Shown here: positions 36,521 through 46,116 of the stretch, one piece after another
Layout: each line of letters starts with the position of its first letter
Numbering within the stretch: the stretch's first letter is position 1
Source: Escherichia phage MLP1
Length of the DNA: 51,940 nt
Direction: 5' to 3' (one strand)
Sequence record: NC_079176
Program-made: the position numbers and the translations under genes
Notes under the pieces: model-generated
Databases searched by the model: none
What the model was told of the DNA's origin: nothing
Seen by the model: only the letters and a program-made list of their open reading frames with translations

Positions 36521-36859
36521 ATGGCTAAGATTGTAACCGTAACTCAGTACGAAGCTAACGATGGTTCCCTGTTCCTGAGCGAAGCTGAGTGTAACGCACA
36601 CGATTTTAAACTGGAAAACGGCGCTAAAATTGATGCTGCTGTTGAAGCGTTCGCAAACACCAACAAACTGATTGACCGTTCTCGCTCAATGCAGACCAAT
36701 ACCGCTGCTGCATTCCTGGCATTCTATCTGCCGTGGGTTGAAGCCGGTTGTCCGGAAGTTGAACGTGTTGCGTTCGACACCGTGAAAGAAGTTAAGGTCG
36801 AAGAAGAAGCTGCTGTTGCAGTAGCAGAAGCTGCTGTTGAAGAAGCTCCGGTATTCTAA
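36521..36859 (+). CDS. abundant-looking small protein with acidic C-terminal tail ending in Phe
   Basis: Codon choice like highly expressed E. coli genes (CTG, CGT, GAA, ACC); C-terminus VEEEAAVAVAEAAVEEAPVF; motif plus AAGGT ribosome-binding site upstream. Confidence 0.5.
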   Translation: MAKIVTVTQYEANDGSLFLSEAECNAHDFKLENGAKIDAAVEAFANTNKLIDRSRSMQTNTAAAFLAFYLPWVEAGCPEVERVAFDTVKEVKVEEEAAVAVAEAAVEEAPVF

Positions 36860-37724
36860 ATCGATCTGGCGTGCACTGGAAGTTGTCCGGTGCTGCCTTG
36901 AACCCATTCCCAAGAGTGAGTGGGCTTCAATGAGCATTCTTGTGATTAGAGTTGGGAGGTAGGCCGATGCCCAATCTCGTGGCCCCGACAAGAGTGTTCA
37001 TTGAAGTAGTTTTCTGAGTCTTACGACGGGCCTAAACTGCCTGAAGTTATTGCGACTGTTTTATTCATTTAAAATAAATGCAAACGATTCTGAAATGCGA
37101 GTTGCAGCTTAATTAAATTTAAGTTCTCTCCGTGGTCTTCCAATCCCATGTAACCAAATTTGGCGCATTGTGGCTTCGAGATGTGATTAATAAATCGGAG
37201 CAATAATTAATTTGTATTCTGCGATGTAATGCAGACTTAAGTCCCTCAGTGCGCGTAGGGATGTGACAGAGTACAAACTTAATTATGCAGTTGGATATTT
37301 CCGGAGGACGGACGAGCACACTGGAATGTCTTCAATTGGTTTAGTGTGAGAAGCTATGCCAATGTGGAACGTAACTCCTTGAGGAAGTGCTCCTTTGGAT
37401 TTCCCTCCACACAGGAATCTCAAGCCTGTGGCAGCGACTTCGAAGCTGCACTGTATAACCTAATTCGCCCTAAAGTGAATTGCCCTGAGTATGGAAATAA
37501 ACTGCTCTAACCAATGGTTTCCACAACGGTGGAATAAATTAGGTTGCCTGTTGGTACTTGGGTTCAACACCTGCTTGCACTCGCAAAGTAGTGCCTCGTA
37601 CCTGAGATGAAGTGAGTCGGGACCATCAATCCACGGCAGGCCGAAGATACCAAACAGGCGGCTCACTGATTCTACAAGCCTCGCAGTTCGGGAAAACCTG
37701 CGTTACCAAAACCCACCAAATTTT

Positions 37725-37817
37725 GGACGAGTAGCTCAGAAGGTCTGCTCCAGAGCTTAGTCAGGTAGAGCAATCTGTTCGACAGATGTGTCGTTGGTTC
37801 GAACCCAACCTCGTCCA
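37725..37817 (+). tRNA. tRNA-like gene with insertion; isotype undetermined
   Basis: Perfect 7-bp acceptor pairing GGACGAG/CTCGTCC, canonical T-arm GTTGG-TTCGAAC-CCAAC, UA at positions 8-9, D-arm TAGCTCAG...GGTAGAGC split by about 22 nt; candidate anticodon stem ATCTG/CAGAT encloses only 5 nt. Confidence 0.45.
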
Positions 37818-37843
37818 CCCTTAACAACAAACATGGAGTCCTC

Positions 37844-37984
37844 ATGGATTTTGATGCACTTGATAACTTAGACTTCGGTGCTGCCGAAGAGGCAATTGAA
37901 GAACTTAAGAAGAAGCAGGACGAAGAAGCAATCGTTCCTGGTGCTGGTGATAACGACTGCTCAAGTGGTGCGTGTGCCATCTAA
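37844..37984 (+). CDS. small acidic peptide (46 aa), hypothetical
   Basis: GGAG 5 nt upstream of ATG; below ORF-track cutoff. Confidence 0.3.
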   Translation: MDFDALDNLDFGAAEEAIEELKKKQDEEAIVPGAGDNDCSSGACAI

Positions 37985-37992
37985 GGTGATTC

Positions 37993-38229
37993 ATGCAACA
38001 GCTTAAGGCAATATTTCTTGGCGTCTTGACTGCATTGGGAATTCTATTTGCAGTGTTCCTCAAAGGCAGAAGCTCAGGCAAAGCCGAGGAGCGTCAGGAA
38101 GCCAAAGAGAAGCAATTCGATTCGTTAAAAGAATCTATCGAGATTAAATCGCATGTTCAGAAAGAAGTGTCTAGCAGTTCTGATAGCAATGTCGATAGTG
38201 AGTTGCTCTCAAAGTGGGTTCGTAAGTGA
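37993..38229 (+). CDS. i-spanin (Rz-like) candidate
   Basis: N-terminal transmembrane segment AIFLGVLTALGILFAVFL then charged helical region; overlapped by a lipoprotein ORF. Confidence 0.5.
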   Translation: MQQLKAIFLGVLTALGILFAVFLKGRSSGKAEERQEAKEKQFDSLKESIEIKSHVQKEVSSSSDSNVDSELLSKWVRK

Positions 38230-38365
38230 TTACTGCTTGATTGCACAACCAATCTATTTGGATGTTGCAGAAGTGAAAGTTTTGTCGCGCGAAACCAAAA
38301 CCCAGATTTTAGTCCACAATGAAACGTGGGCACAAAAGTGTTCTAACTTACCCGACAGTGAGTGA
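38153..38365 (+). CDS. o-spanin (Rz1-like outer-membrane lipoprotein) candidate
   Basis: Signal peptide with lipobox-like IVSC; starts inside the i-spanin gene in another frame. Confidence 0.5.
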   Translation: MFRKKCLAVLIAMSIVSCSQSGFVSDYCLIAQPIYLDVAEVKVLSRETKTQILVHNETWAQKCSNLPDSE

Positions 38366-39215
38366 ACAAATGCTCGCCATCGCATAAACAACATTTGGCA
38401 GTCCGGTACGGGACTTTAAATACACGTATATTATAGTCGAGGGAGTGTGCGACTTTAAATAACGAGACTCTAGCTACTTGTAGCATAGTAGGTGTAATTC
38501 CTGCAATTGCTCTGGGCATAACAATTGAAATTGCTGCCTCCGAGGACGGAAGCCCCGTATTGAATGCGTGAAATTCAGGTAGTCACTTCCTAGAACAGTG
38601 GCCGGGAACAGACCTAGACAAAAGTGCTTGAGAACGTTAGCTCTGTCTTGCCAGCATTAATGGCACGTTGGCCGCGTAAAGGCCACAGCGTCTGACCAAC
38701 GTATCGGCCACCAAATTCAATGGATTCGTAGAGTTAATGAAACCTGCACGATGGGATAGGGATGAAGCATCCGAGGCCGACTGTGTAATTGTGAACGCGG
38801 AGTTCACCGAATCCACCATTTTCCAAACAGTTATGCCTCTGTTCAAAAGGCTCAAGTTAGCGTCTGGCATACCGTAGCGATACGGCTCAGTTGCGCTGAT
38901 TGTGATGTGTCGAAAGAAAGTTCAGGCTTTCATTTGAGCTACTCCTCTTCTCGAAGTTAGCTGGATTCAAAATCCAGACTATGTTCCTATTCACATGAAA
39001 TATGCAAGCCAGGGTTCTTAATATCTGACATAGGTATTAAGCGGGTTTATACTTTTCCCCGATGGTCCCCATAAACAAGGCTGATTCACTTGGGCGGTTC
39101 GAATCAAATTTAATAAGTGTCTTGGCCGCAGTGGAAACACCATTTAAGCCAATATATTGTAATGTTCGTAATAGTCCACGTCAGGGCACTTACTTAAATT
39201 TAACTGGAGAGAAAC

Positions 39216-39437
39216 ATGAAAACTGCTGAAATTGCCGAAGAGATTTACAAGGCCGTAATAGCCAACCAAATTACCAGTGAAGTCCTGCACCTGAATCTTG
39301 AAGAAGTTCGCAATGCCTTTGGTGGTTTTGCAATCTTGTCAATAGAAGCTGCGGAAGCACTAACAAACACGTACAATCAGCGCGAATATGAAAAGCGTTC
39401 TGTACTAAATGCGTCGCTACAGGCGTCATTAAAATAA
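39216..39437 (+). CDS. hypothetical protein
   Basis: GGAGAG ribosome-binding site. Confidence 0.4.
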   Translation: MKTAEIAEEIYKAVIANQITSEVLHLNLEEVRNAFGGFAILSIEAAEALTNTYNQREYEKRSVLNASLQASLK

Positions 39438-39494
39438 TACCATTGTTATGGTGCGGAGCTAATTAATCTCCCACCATATGAACCGGAGAGCAAA

Positions 39495-40145
39495 ATGTTT
39501 ACTGTCACACTCGTTGACCACATGGGCAGCGACCTAACAACTGTTAATGCTGCGCGAGTTTCTTACGGTGCAGAGTCTCACGAAATGTCGCTGCGTGACG
39601 AGAAGTTGATTGAATTTCTTGCCAAGCATAAACACATTACGCCGTTCCGTCATGCACAAGTAACTCTTCGTTGCAAAGCTCCAATCTTCATTGCACGTCA
39701 GCTTGGCAAACACCAAACTGGCTTTAGTTGGAATGAAGTAAGCCGTCGCTACAAAGATGGTGAAGCAATCGAAATCGAATTCTTCATTCCAGATACTGTG
39801 TTTGGTCGTCCTGAAAAGTTGATGACTCAATCTGCACAACCATTGCCACAAGATTTTGCTGATGACATTAAATATCGTATGGAAAGCCATAACAAGGCTT
39901 GCATCGCAGAATATGAAACGTTACTTGGTTTGGGGATTGCTCCAGAGCAAGCTCGCATGGTGTTGCCACAATCCATGATGACTGAATGGGTTTGGACTGG
40001 CTCTCTTTATGGCTGGGCATCTATGTATAATCAACGTTCCCACAAACATGCACAGTATGAAGTTCGCTTGTTTGCGGAAGAAGTGAGTAAAATTATGTCA
40101 GAACTATTTCCGGTTTGCTGGAAGGCTCTGACCAACCAGGAATAA
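39495..40145 (+). CDS. thyX: flavin-dependent thymidylate synthase
   Basis: ThyX signature RHAQVTLRCKAPIFIARQLGKHQTGFSWNEVSRRY. Confidence 0.85.
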   Translation: MFTVTLVDHMGSDLTTVNAARVSYGAESHEMSLRDEKLIEFLAKHKHITPFRHAQVTLRCKAPIFIARQLGKHQTGFSWNEVSRRYKDGEAIEIEFFIPDTVFGRPEKLMTQSAQPLPQDFADDIKYRMESHNKACIAEYETLLGLGIAPEQARMVLPQSMMTEWVWTGSLYGWASMYNQRSHKHAQYEVRLFAEEVSKIMSELFPVCWKALTNQE

Positions 40146-40150
40146 TATAA

Positions 40151-41914
40151 ATGAACGTCAAGCAATGTGTTGCCAAGATTAAGCACGATGTACCAGACTG
40201 TAAATCCACATCTGGCAAGTCTTTACAGGTTTGGTTGAATGTCGATGAAGCTGGTAATAAGAACTTCTCTGGTTACTGCTTTGCCTGTGGCGTTCTCGTT
40301 CCGAATCCGTATGGCAATAATCCGGAGAATATTCCGGAAATCAAAGTCAAGACTCCAGAAGAAATTCAGGAAGAAATTGACGAAGTAACCTCATGCCCTC
40401 CATTTGATTTAGACCATCGCAGTATTGAACCAGAATTCTGGAAAGCTGCTGGTGTTCGTCTACTCTATTCAGAGTTTGATGGTAAGACTCCAAATGCTTT
40501 GGCACATGGATATACCAAGAATGGCAAACTTGTTCGCTGGAAGATTAAACTTCTGAACAAGAAAGTTATGTGGTCTGTTGGCGATACTCAAGGCAACGAC
40601 CCATACAACTGGATGGCTGCAAAAGCTATTGGCGGTAAGACACTGTTCATCACAGAAGGTGAAGAAGACTGTATCGCATTGCGTCAAATCCTCAAAACTA
40701 TGAACCGTGGTGGTGCATATGAAGATTTGGATTTTGCTGTAATTAGTTTGAGTGATGGGAGCGATTCCGTACACAAATGTTTGTCACCAGTTGCAGAAGA
40801 AATCAAGCAACGTTGGGAACAGGTTGTTATCGTATTTGATGATGATGAGCCTGGTCGTAAAGCTGCAAAGGAAGCATGTCGTTTGCTGCCTGGTGCAATG
40901 ATTGCCACACTCCCTGCCAATGATGCCAACGACTGTTTGAAACGTGGCTTGCTGAAAGCTACTCAGTCTGCTGTTGTGTTCCGTGCTGCTCGTCCTCTGC
41001 CCACAGCTCTTGTAGATAAAGAACTCCTTCTGGAGGAACTTGATGACGAAGTTGAACAGGGTGTAGATTATCCTTGGACTAAGTTAACCGATTTAATGTT
41101 TGGTCAGCGTCGTGCCGAAGTTATCTCAATCGGTGGTGCAGAAGGCGGGGGTAAGACTACACTATCTCGACAGATTGTGCATCACAATATCATTCAGCAT
41201 GATTGGGGAGTGTTTACTGCATACATGGAGGAAACTCCTGCGGAAACATTACGCCGTATGGCTGGCCTCAATGACAACTTGCCGTATTGGGAACCTGCGT
41301 TTACTCGTGAAGACCCTCGATACGATGAAGCGAAGTTCCGTCAAACTGCTGCGAAGATGCTTCATAACATGGAGATTTGGGACCGCAAGCAAGCCGGAGA
41401 AGACCCATATGAAACTTGGGATGGGTTAAAGACGATTCTTCGTCAGATTGGTCCAGACATTGATATGTTTGTTCTTGATAACTTAACCTACTTATCAGAA
41501 GGGATTTCTGCCTCAGAGAAGAACGACTTCTTAGGCAAGCTGTATGCAGACATTACTAAGCTGGCAGACCAATACCAGTTCCATGTCAATATCTTGTCGC
41601 ACCTTAACCCTGTGGCAAAAGGCCAGCGACCTCATGAAGATGGTGGACGAATCAAGAAGTCAGACTTTACTGGCTCTCGTGCTGCTGCTAAATATTCTCA
41701 TGGTATGTTTGGCTTTGAGCGTAATAGTCAGGCAGTAGACCCAAACTGCTCAATCATTCGTTCCATCAAAGCTCGTAAGAGCGGTAAGACAGAAGGCTTC
41801 AAGACGTACTATGACTCAGACTCCGGTCGAATCATTCAACGTTCTTGGGACGACTCCCTGTTCGAAACCAAAGAGATTGTTCAACTTACTAAGAAGAACG
41901 GTCCACATCAATAA
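40151..41914 (+). CDS. DNA primase-helicase (T7 gp4-like)
   Basis: N-terminal zinc-ribbon cysteines (CKSTSG, YCFACG), central primase-like region, Walker A GGAEGGGKTTLS in the DnaB-like C-terminal half. Confidence 0.8.
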   Translation: MNVKQCVAKIKHDVPDCKSTSGKSLQVWLNVDEAGNKNFSGYCFACGVLVPNPYGNNPENIPEIKVKTPEEIQEEIDEVTSCPPFDLDHRSIEPEFWKAAGVRLLYSEFDGKTPNALAHGYTKNGKLVRWKIKLLNKKVMWSVGDTQGNDPYNWMAAKAIGGKTLFITEGEEDCIALRQILKTMNRGGAYEDLDFAVISLSDGSDSVHKCLSPVAEEIKQRWEQVVIVFDDDEPGRKAAKEACRLLPGAMIATLPANDANDCLKRGLLKATQSAVVFRAARPLPTALVDKELLLEELDDEVEQGVDYPWTKLTDLMFGQRRAEVISIGGAEGGGKTTLSRQIVHHNIIQHDWGVFTAYMEETPAETLRRMAGLNDNLPYWEPAFTREDPRYDEAKFRQTAAKMLHNMEIWDRKQAGEDPYETWDGLKTILRQIGPDIDMFVLDNLTYLSEGISASEKNDFLGKLYADITKLADQYQFHVNILSHLNPVAKGQRPHEDGGRIKKSDFTGSRAAAKYSHGMFGFERNSQAVDPNCSIIRSIKARKSGKTEGFKTYYDSDSGRIIQRSWDDSLFETKEIVQLTKKNGPHQ

Positions 41915-41980
41915 CAGAGCTTCTACGCTGCATGGTTCGCCCACCAGCGTAGACCTCACCAAATCCATTGGAGCCATACT

Positions 41981-43915
41981 GTGTTGTATCCTTGGGAAAG
42001 AATGTATGCCAGCGACATTGAAACAACTGGTCTGTTGGAGCAAATGCGTAAGCAAGCTGCCCCACGTCTTCACAACATTGGGCACATTGATGTTCAAACT
42101 CGTGAAGAAGTCGTAACAGAATGGACTGACCGTAAATCCATTCAAGCATTCCTGGACTCAGGTCCAACATTAATTATGCACAACGGCGCAACCTTTGACT
42201 TTGAAGCATTGAAGTTCTTGGGTTACGACGTTTCAAAATGTACACTAATTGATACTTTGTTTATCAGTTGGTATCTGCAACCTCGTCGTGTTAAGCACGG
42301 CTTAGAAGGTTATGGAGAAGAGTTTGGTGTGCCGAAACCAGTCATTGATGATTGGGAAAATCAAACTCAGGAAGAATATAACCATCGTGTGATGGAAGAC
42401 TGTAAGATTCAGTTGAAGCTGTGGGAACAGCAATATATTCAACTCCTTAAGATTTATAAAACTCCTGGCGAAGTTAGACGTTTTATTGAATACCTTATGA
42501 CCAAAGCTCGTCAACAAGTTATTCAACAACGTACTCGCTGGAAGCTGAACATTGAGAAAGCATTGGCATTTAAGGCCAAACTTGAACCAATGATTAAAGA
42601 GAAGACGGATGCGTTGGAAGCATCAATGCCCCGTGTTCCCGAATATGTCATCAAGTCGCGCCCTGCCAAATGCCACAAGTTAAATGGACAGTTGTCCTCA
42701 ACTGGTATGAAGTGGAAAGCTGTCTGTGATGCAAACGGTTTGGACTGGAAAGACCCAGACTTGCACATTAAGGTGCTCAAGGGTTACAAAGAACCTAACG
42801 CTGGTTCACACGTACAAATCAAAGACTGGTTATTTGGCCTTGGTTGGGTTCCAGAAACCTTTAAGTTTGACCGTAACAAAGAGACGGGCGAGACTCGCCA
42901 GATTCCTCAAATCACGGTTAAGGATGAAGATGGCAATCCTGAAATCTGTCCGAGCTTGCATAAGCTGGCAGAAAGAAACCCCGAATCTGGTATTCAACAT
43001 CTTATTGGGTTGGGCGTGTATAAACACCGTCTGTCTGTTGTTAACGGTTTCCTTCGCGACGTCGATGAAGATGGATTCCTTACTGCGCGATGCGGTGGCC
43101 TTACCAATACTCTACGTCTTAAACACCGCGAACTTGTTAACCTCCCTTCTATTCGTGTATTTGGCGGTGAAGAACTCCGTTCATTGCTGGAAGCGTTTCG
43201 TGAAGACTACGAACAGCTAGGCTCTGACTTGTGTTCACTGGAAGACCGTTGTAAACACCACTTCCAATGGATGTATGACCCTGAATATGTTAAGAAGCAG
43301 TTGGCACCAGACTATGATGCCCACCTTGCAATCGGCGTAATCGGTGGATTCATCACTGAGAAAGAATCTCAGGACCATAAGGATGGAATACAGAAATGTA
43401 AGCAACGTCCAATGTTTAAGACCACTAACTATGCTTGCCAGTATGGTGCTGGTATTCCAACTGTTGCTCGTTCTGCTGACTGTGACCAATCAACGGCTGC
43501 ACGTCTGCATAAAGCATATTGGGACCTGAACTGGTCAATCAAAGAGATTGCTGCTAACACTAAAGTCATCACAGTTGATGGCCAGATGTGGCAACAGAAT
43601 CCAGTAAACAAATTCTGGTATTCTCTGCGTACAGAGAAAGACCGCTTCTCAACATTGTGTCAGGGTACTGGTGCATATGTGTTTGATATCTGGTGTAACA
43701 ACATCATTGCAATTTGTAACGAACGTTGGGGTTGCGACCCTCTGTTGTCCGGACAATTCCATGATGAATTGATTCTGCAAGTTAAGAAAGGTTTCCGTGA
43801 TTTGTGGACGGACTTGCTTAATGAGGCAATGGAACGTACCAACAAAGAACTTAAACTTAACCGTGATTGTGCATGTGATGTGCAGTTCGGTGATAACTAC
43901 GCGGAGATTCACTAA
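41981..43915 (+). CDS. DNA polymerase, family A, with 3'-5' exonuclease domain
   Basis: Exo I DIETTGL; motif B FKTTNYACQYGAG; motif C QFHDELIL; start may be ATG 42002. Confidence 0.85.
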   Translation: MLYPWERMYASDIETTGLLEQMRKQAAPRLHNIGHIDVQTREEVVTEWTDRKSIQAFLDSGPTLIMHNGATFDFEALKFLGYDVSKCTLIDTLFISWYLQPRRVKHGLEGYGEEFGVPKPVIDDWENQTQEEYNHRVMEDCKIQLKLWEQQYIQLLKIYKTPGEVRRFIEYLMTKARQQVIQQRTRWKLNIEKALAFKAKLEPMIKEKTDALEASMPRVPEYVIKSRPAKCHKLNGQLSSTGMKWKAVCDANGLDWKDPDLHIKVLKGYKEPNAGSHVQIKDWLFGLGWVPETFKFDRNKETGETRQIPQITVKDEDGNPEICPSLHKLAERNPESGIQHLIGLGVYKHRLSVVNGFLRDVDEDGFLTARCGGLTNTLRLKHRELVNLPSIRVFGGEELRSLLEAFREDYEQLGSDLCSLEDRCKHHFQWMYDPEYVKKQLAPDYDAHLAIGVIGGFITEKESQDHKDGIQKCKQRPMFKTTNYACQYGAGIPTVARSADCDQSTAARLHKAYWDLNWSIKEIAANTKVITVDGQMWQQNPVNKFWYSLRTEKDRFSTLCQGTGAYVFDIWCNNIIAICNERWGCDPLLSGQFHDELILQVKKGFRDLWTDLLNEAMERTNKELKLNRDCACDVQFGDNYAEIH

Positions 43916-44160
43916 TGCGTGTTTTAGCTCTATACGACAAACAACAGATGGAACTTCATCAAGCGGCTGGAGATATTCCGGCCACAGAATTGGCGGTGTC
44001 TGCAATTGAGATGCACGCCTCGGCATTATTTGGAAGTGATTATCAGGGCGATATTACCTATGAAGGTGCCCTGAAAGCATTAAAGGAATCGAAAGATTTC
44101 GCAGTAACACAATCTATCCTGTCCGACCTGGACATTGACTCTCACATTATTGAAATTTAA
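43915..44160 (+). CDS. small acidic hypothetical protein
   Basis: ATG overlaps polymerase stop; Asp/Glu-rich. Confidence 0.4.
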   Translation: MRVLALYDKQQMELHQAAGDIPATELAVSAIEMHASALFGSDYQGDITYEGALKALKESKDFAVTQSILSDLDIDSHIIEI

Positions 44161-44171
44161 AGGTACTCAAA

Positions 44172-45035
44172 ATGGCATTTGCTGCTCCTACTCTGGCCTC
44201 GAACAAGACTCCTTCTGCTGCACCATTACTGGAAGCGGGTGGTTATCCTGCTCGTGTCTGCCGTATTATCGACCTGGGCTTACAGCCAGGCTCTGCTAAA
44301 TATCCAAACCCATCTCTGAAACTTCTGGTCACTTTCGAGCTGCTCGACGAGTACATGAAAGAAGTTGATGGCAATGGTGCTATGGTCATGGTCCAAGACC
44401 CGGACGAAGATGACGGCGTAATGATGGCGAAGAATCTTGAAGACAAGCCGCGTTGGTTTGACTTTGAGTTTACCTACAACGCTGACGGCTTCATGGGTGA
44501 CAACTCTCACATCTACAAATTCGCTAAAGCGATTGATGCGCTGGAAGTTAAACAGAATCTGGAACAAGGTATTCAGGGCCACCCTGCTAAGAACCTGCCA
44601 GATTGGTTGACCGAGCCTCTGGTTGTTGGCATTGTTCAGTATACCAAGCAGTCTGGCAAGAATGCTGGTCAGGTTGCAAACAAGGTTGCTACCTTCTCCC
44701 CAATGAAGTCTAAAGAGAAGAAAGAGGCCAAAGCTCTGGTTAACCCGACTGTGTTCTTCGACATGTCTGAGCCAGACCTAGAAGTGTTCAACAAGCTGCC
44801 TGGTGGCGATTCTCCTTACGCAATCAAGAACCGCATTACTGGCGGTGTTGACTTCTACAAAACCAAACTGTCTGTCCTGTTGGGCGGCAAACCTGCTGAT
44901 GATTCTGTTCCGAATCAGGCTTCTGATGAAGAGGTTGATGCAGCAATGAAGGCTGAACTGGAAGCTCAGGCTGCTGCAAAAGCACAGCGTGAAGCGGAAG
45001 GTGGTGCTGCTGGCGGCACTGGAATGCCGTTCTGA
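44172..45035 (+). CDS. abundant-looking replication-module protein, possibly ssDNA-binding
   Basis: Host-like optimal codons; Ala/Glu-rich C-terminal region ending GTGMPF; sits between polymerase and exonuclease; no diagnostic motif. Confidence 0.3.
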   Translation: MAFAAPTLASNKTPSAAPLLEAGGYPARVCRIIDLGLQPGSAKYPNPSLKLLVTFELLDEYMKEVDGNGAMVMVQDPDEDDGVMMAKNLEDKPRWFDFEFTYNADGFMGDNSHIYKFAKAIDALEVKQNLEQGIQGHPAKNLPDWLTEPLVVGIVQYTKQSGKNAGQVANKVATFSPMKSKEKKEAKALVNPTVFFDMSEPDLEVFNKLPGGDSPYAIKNRITGGVDFYKTKLSVLLGGKPADDSVPNQASDEEVDAAMKAELEAQAAAKAQREAEGGAAGGTGMPF

Positions 45036-45045
45036 TTATGTAATT

Positions 45046-45069
45046 GGCTCCTTCGGGAGCCTTTAATTT
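45046..45069 (+). terminator. terminator-like hairpin (GGCUCC-UUCG-GGAGCC then UUUAAUUU)
   Basis: Same UUCG-tetraloop architecture as the 26228 hairpin. Confidence 0.4.
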
Positions 45070-45082
45070 GGAGCTTACCAAA

Positions 45083-46105
45083 GTGAGTAAGAAACGAGTA
45101 TTGTTGCTGGTAGACGGCGACATGGTTGCATTCAGCCACTGTGCTGCTGAAGAGTACGGCAAAGACCCCGAAGATATTAACTTTGCTAAGATTCAAATGT
45201 CGATGGATTCTAAAATGGAATTCCTCGCCAAACGTGCTGGTGCTACGGAAGTAATTACTTTCATCTCCCCATCCAAAACAATGCGTAACGAATTTGCTCC
45301 TGACTACAAGGGCAACCGTGAGGGCGTATGGCGTCCAGAAAACCTTAAGAATGCGAAAGCACATCTCATGGTTGCATGGAACGGAATGTGGATGAAGGGT
45401 CTGGAAGCAGATGACCTTCTGGCTGTTTTCGCTCGCCATGAATACGAAGCAACAATGGGCAAACGAAATGAGATTAAGAGCCTCACGCGTATTGGTCCAT
45501 GCACACATGATGAAGTTTGGATTGCGTCGCTTGACAAAGACTTGCGCCAAATCGGACAATTCGGTGACACTGGTCCAGTAATCAAACATTACCAATGGGA
45601 GCGTGAATCTCAGGGTATTGGTGAGAAGATTGTAATCCCGAAGGATTATGGTGAACTCAAACTAATTATCAAAGACAACGGTAAATCTAAGAAGAAAGAA
45701 GTTAAAGGCTGTGGCCCTAAATTCTTCTTGCATCAACTCCTTATTGGCGACTCAACGGATAACGTTATGGGTTGCGGTGTGTTGGAAGAGAAGATTTACA
45801 AGACTGGTGCTAAGGCTGGAGAAACATACTTCCGTCGAAGTGGTGTCGGTGCTGTCGAATCTTTCGAACTTTTGGATAAGACCACTACTTATGCAGAAGG
45901 TTTGAAGAAAGTTATTGGTGCATTTATCATGCGATTCGGTGACGGTTGGGAAGAAGAGCTTCTCAAAGTTGGTCGTCTTGTGTACATGCACCATCAAATT
46001 GATGATGGGAATCTTGTTCGCTTGTGGCACTACAAAGGTGTCATTGACCGATTCCATCTTAAAGAGAACCGTATAATCCCTCATGCAGAGTATCTCCAGA
46101 AATAA
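45083..46105 (+). CDS. 5'-3' exonuclease / flap endonuclease
   Basis: N-terminal KKRVLLLVDGDMVAFS typical of the 5' nuclease family; GTG 45083 with GGAG ribosome-binding site, downstream of the hairpin. Confidence 0.7.
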   Translation: MSKKRVLLLVDGDMVAFSHCAAEEYGKDPEDINFAKIQMSMDSKMEFLAKRAGATEVITFISPSKTMRNEFAPDYKGNREGVWRPENLKNAKAHLMVAWNGMWMKGLEADDLLAVFARHEYEATMGKRNEIKSLTRIGPCTHDEVWIASLDKDLRQIGQFGDTGPVIKHYQWERESQGIGEKIVIPKDYGELKLIIKDNGKSKKKEVKGCGPKFFLHQLLIGDSTDNVMGCGVLEEKIYKTGAKAGETYFRRSGVGAVESFELLDKTTTYAEGLKKVIGAFIMRFGDGWEEELLKVGRLVYMHHQIDDGNLVRLWHYKGVIDRFHLKENRIIPHAEYLQK

Positions 46106-46116
46106 TTGGAGTTGAA

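Noticed and set aside
38950-39110. Anticodon-arm-like hairpin plus a downstream GGCGGTTCGAATCA, considered as a tRNA-Leu
   Set aside because: The T-stem has no pairing partner (CAAAT follows the loop) and no acceptor stem exists; only isolated tRNA-like fragments
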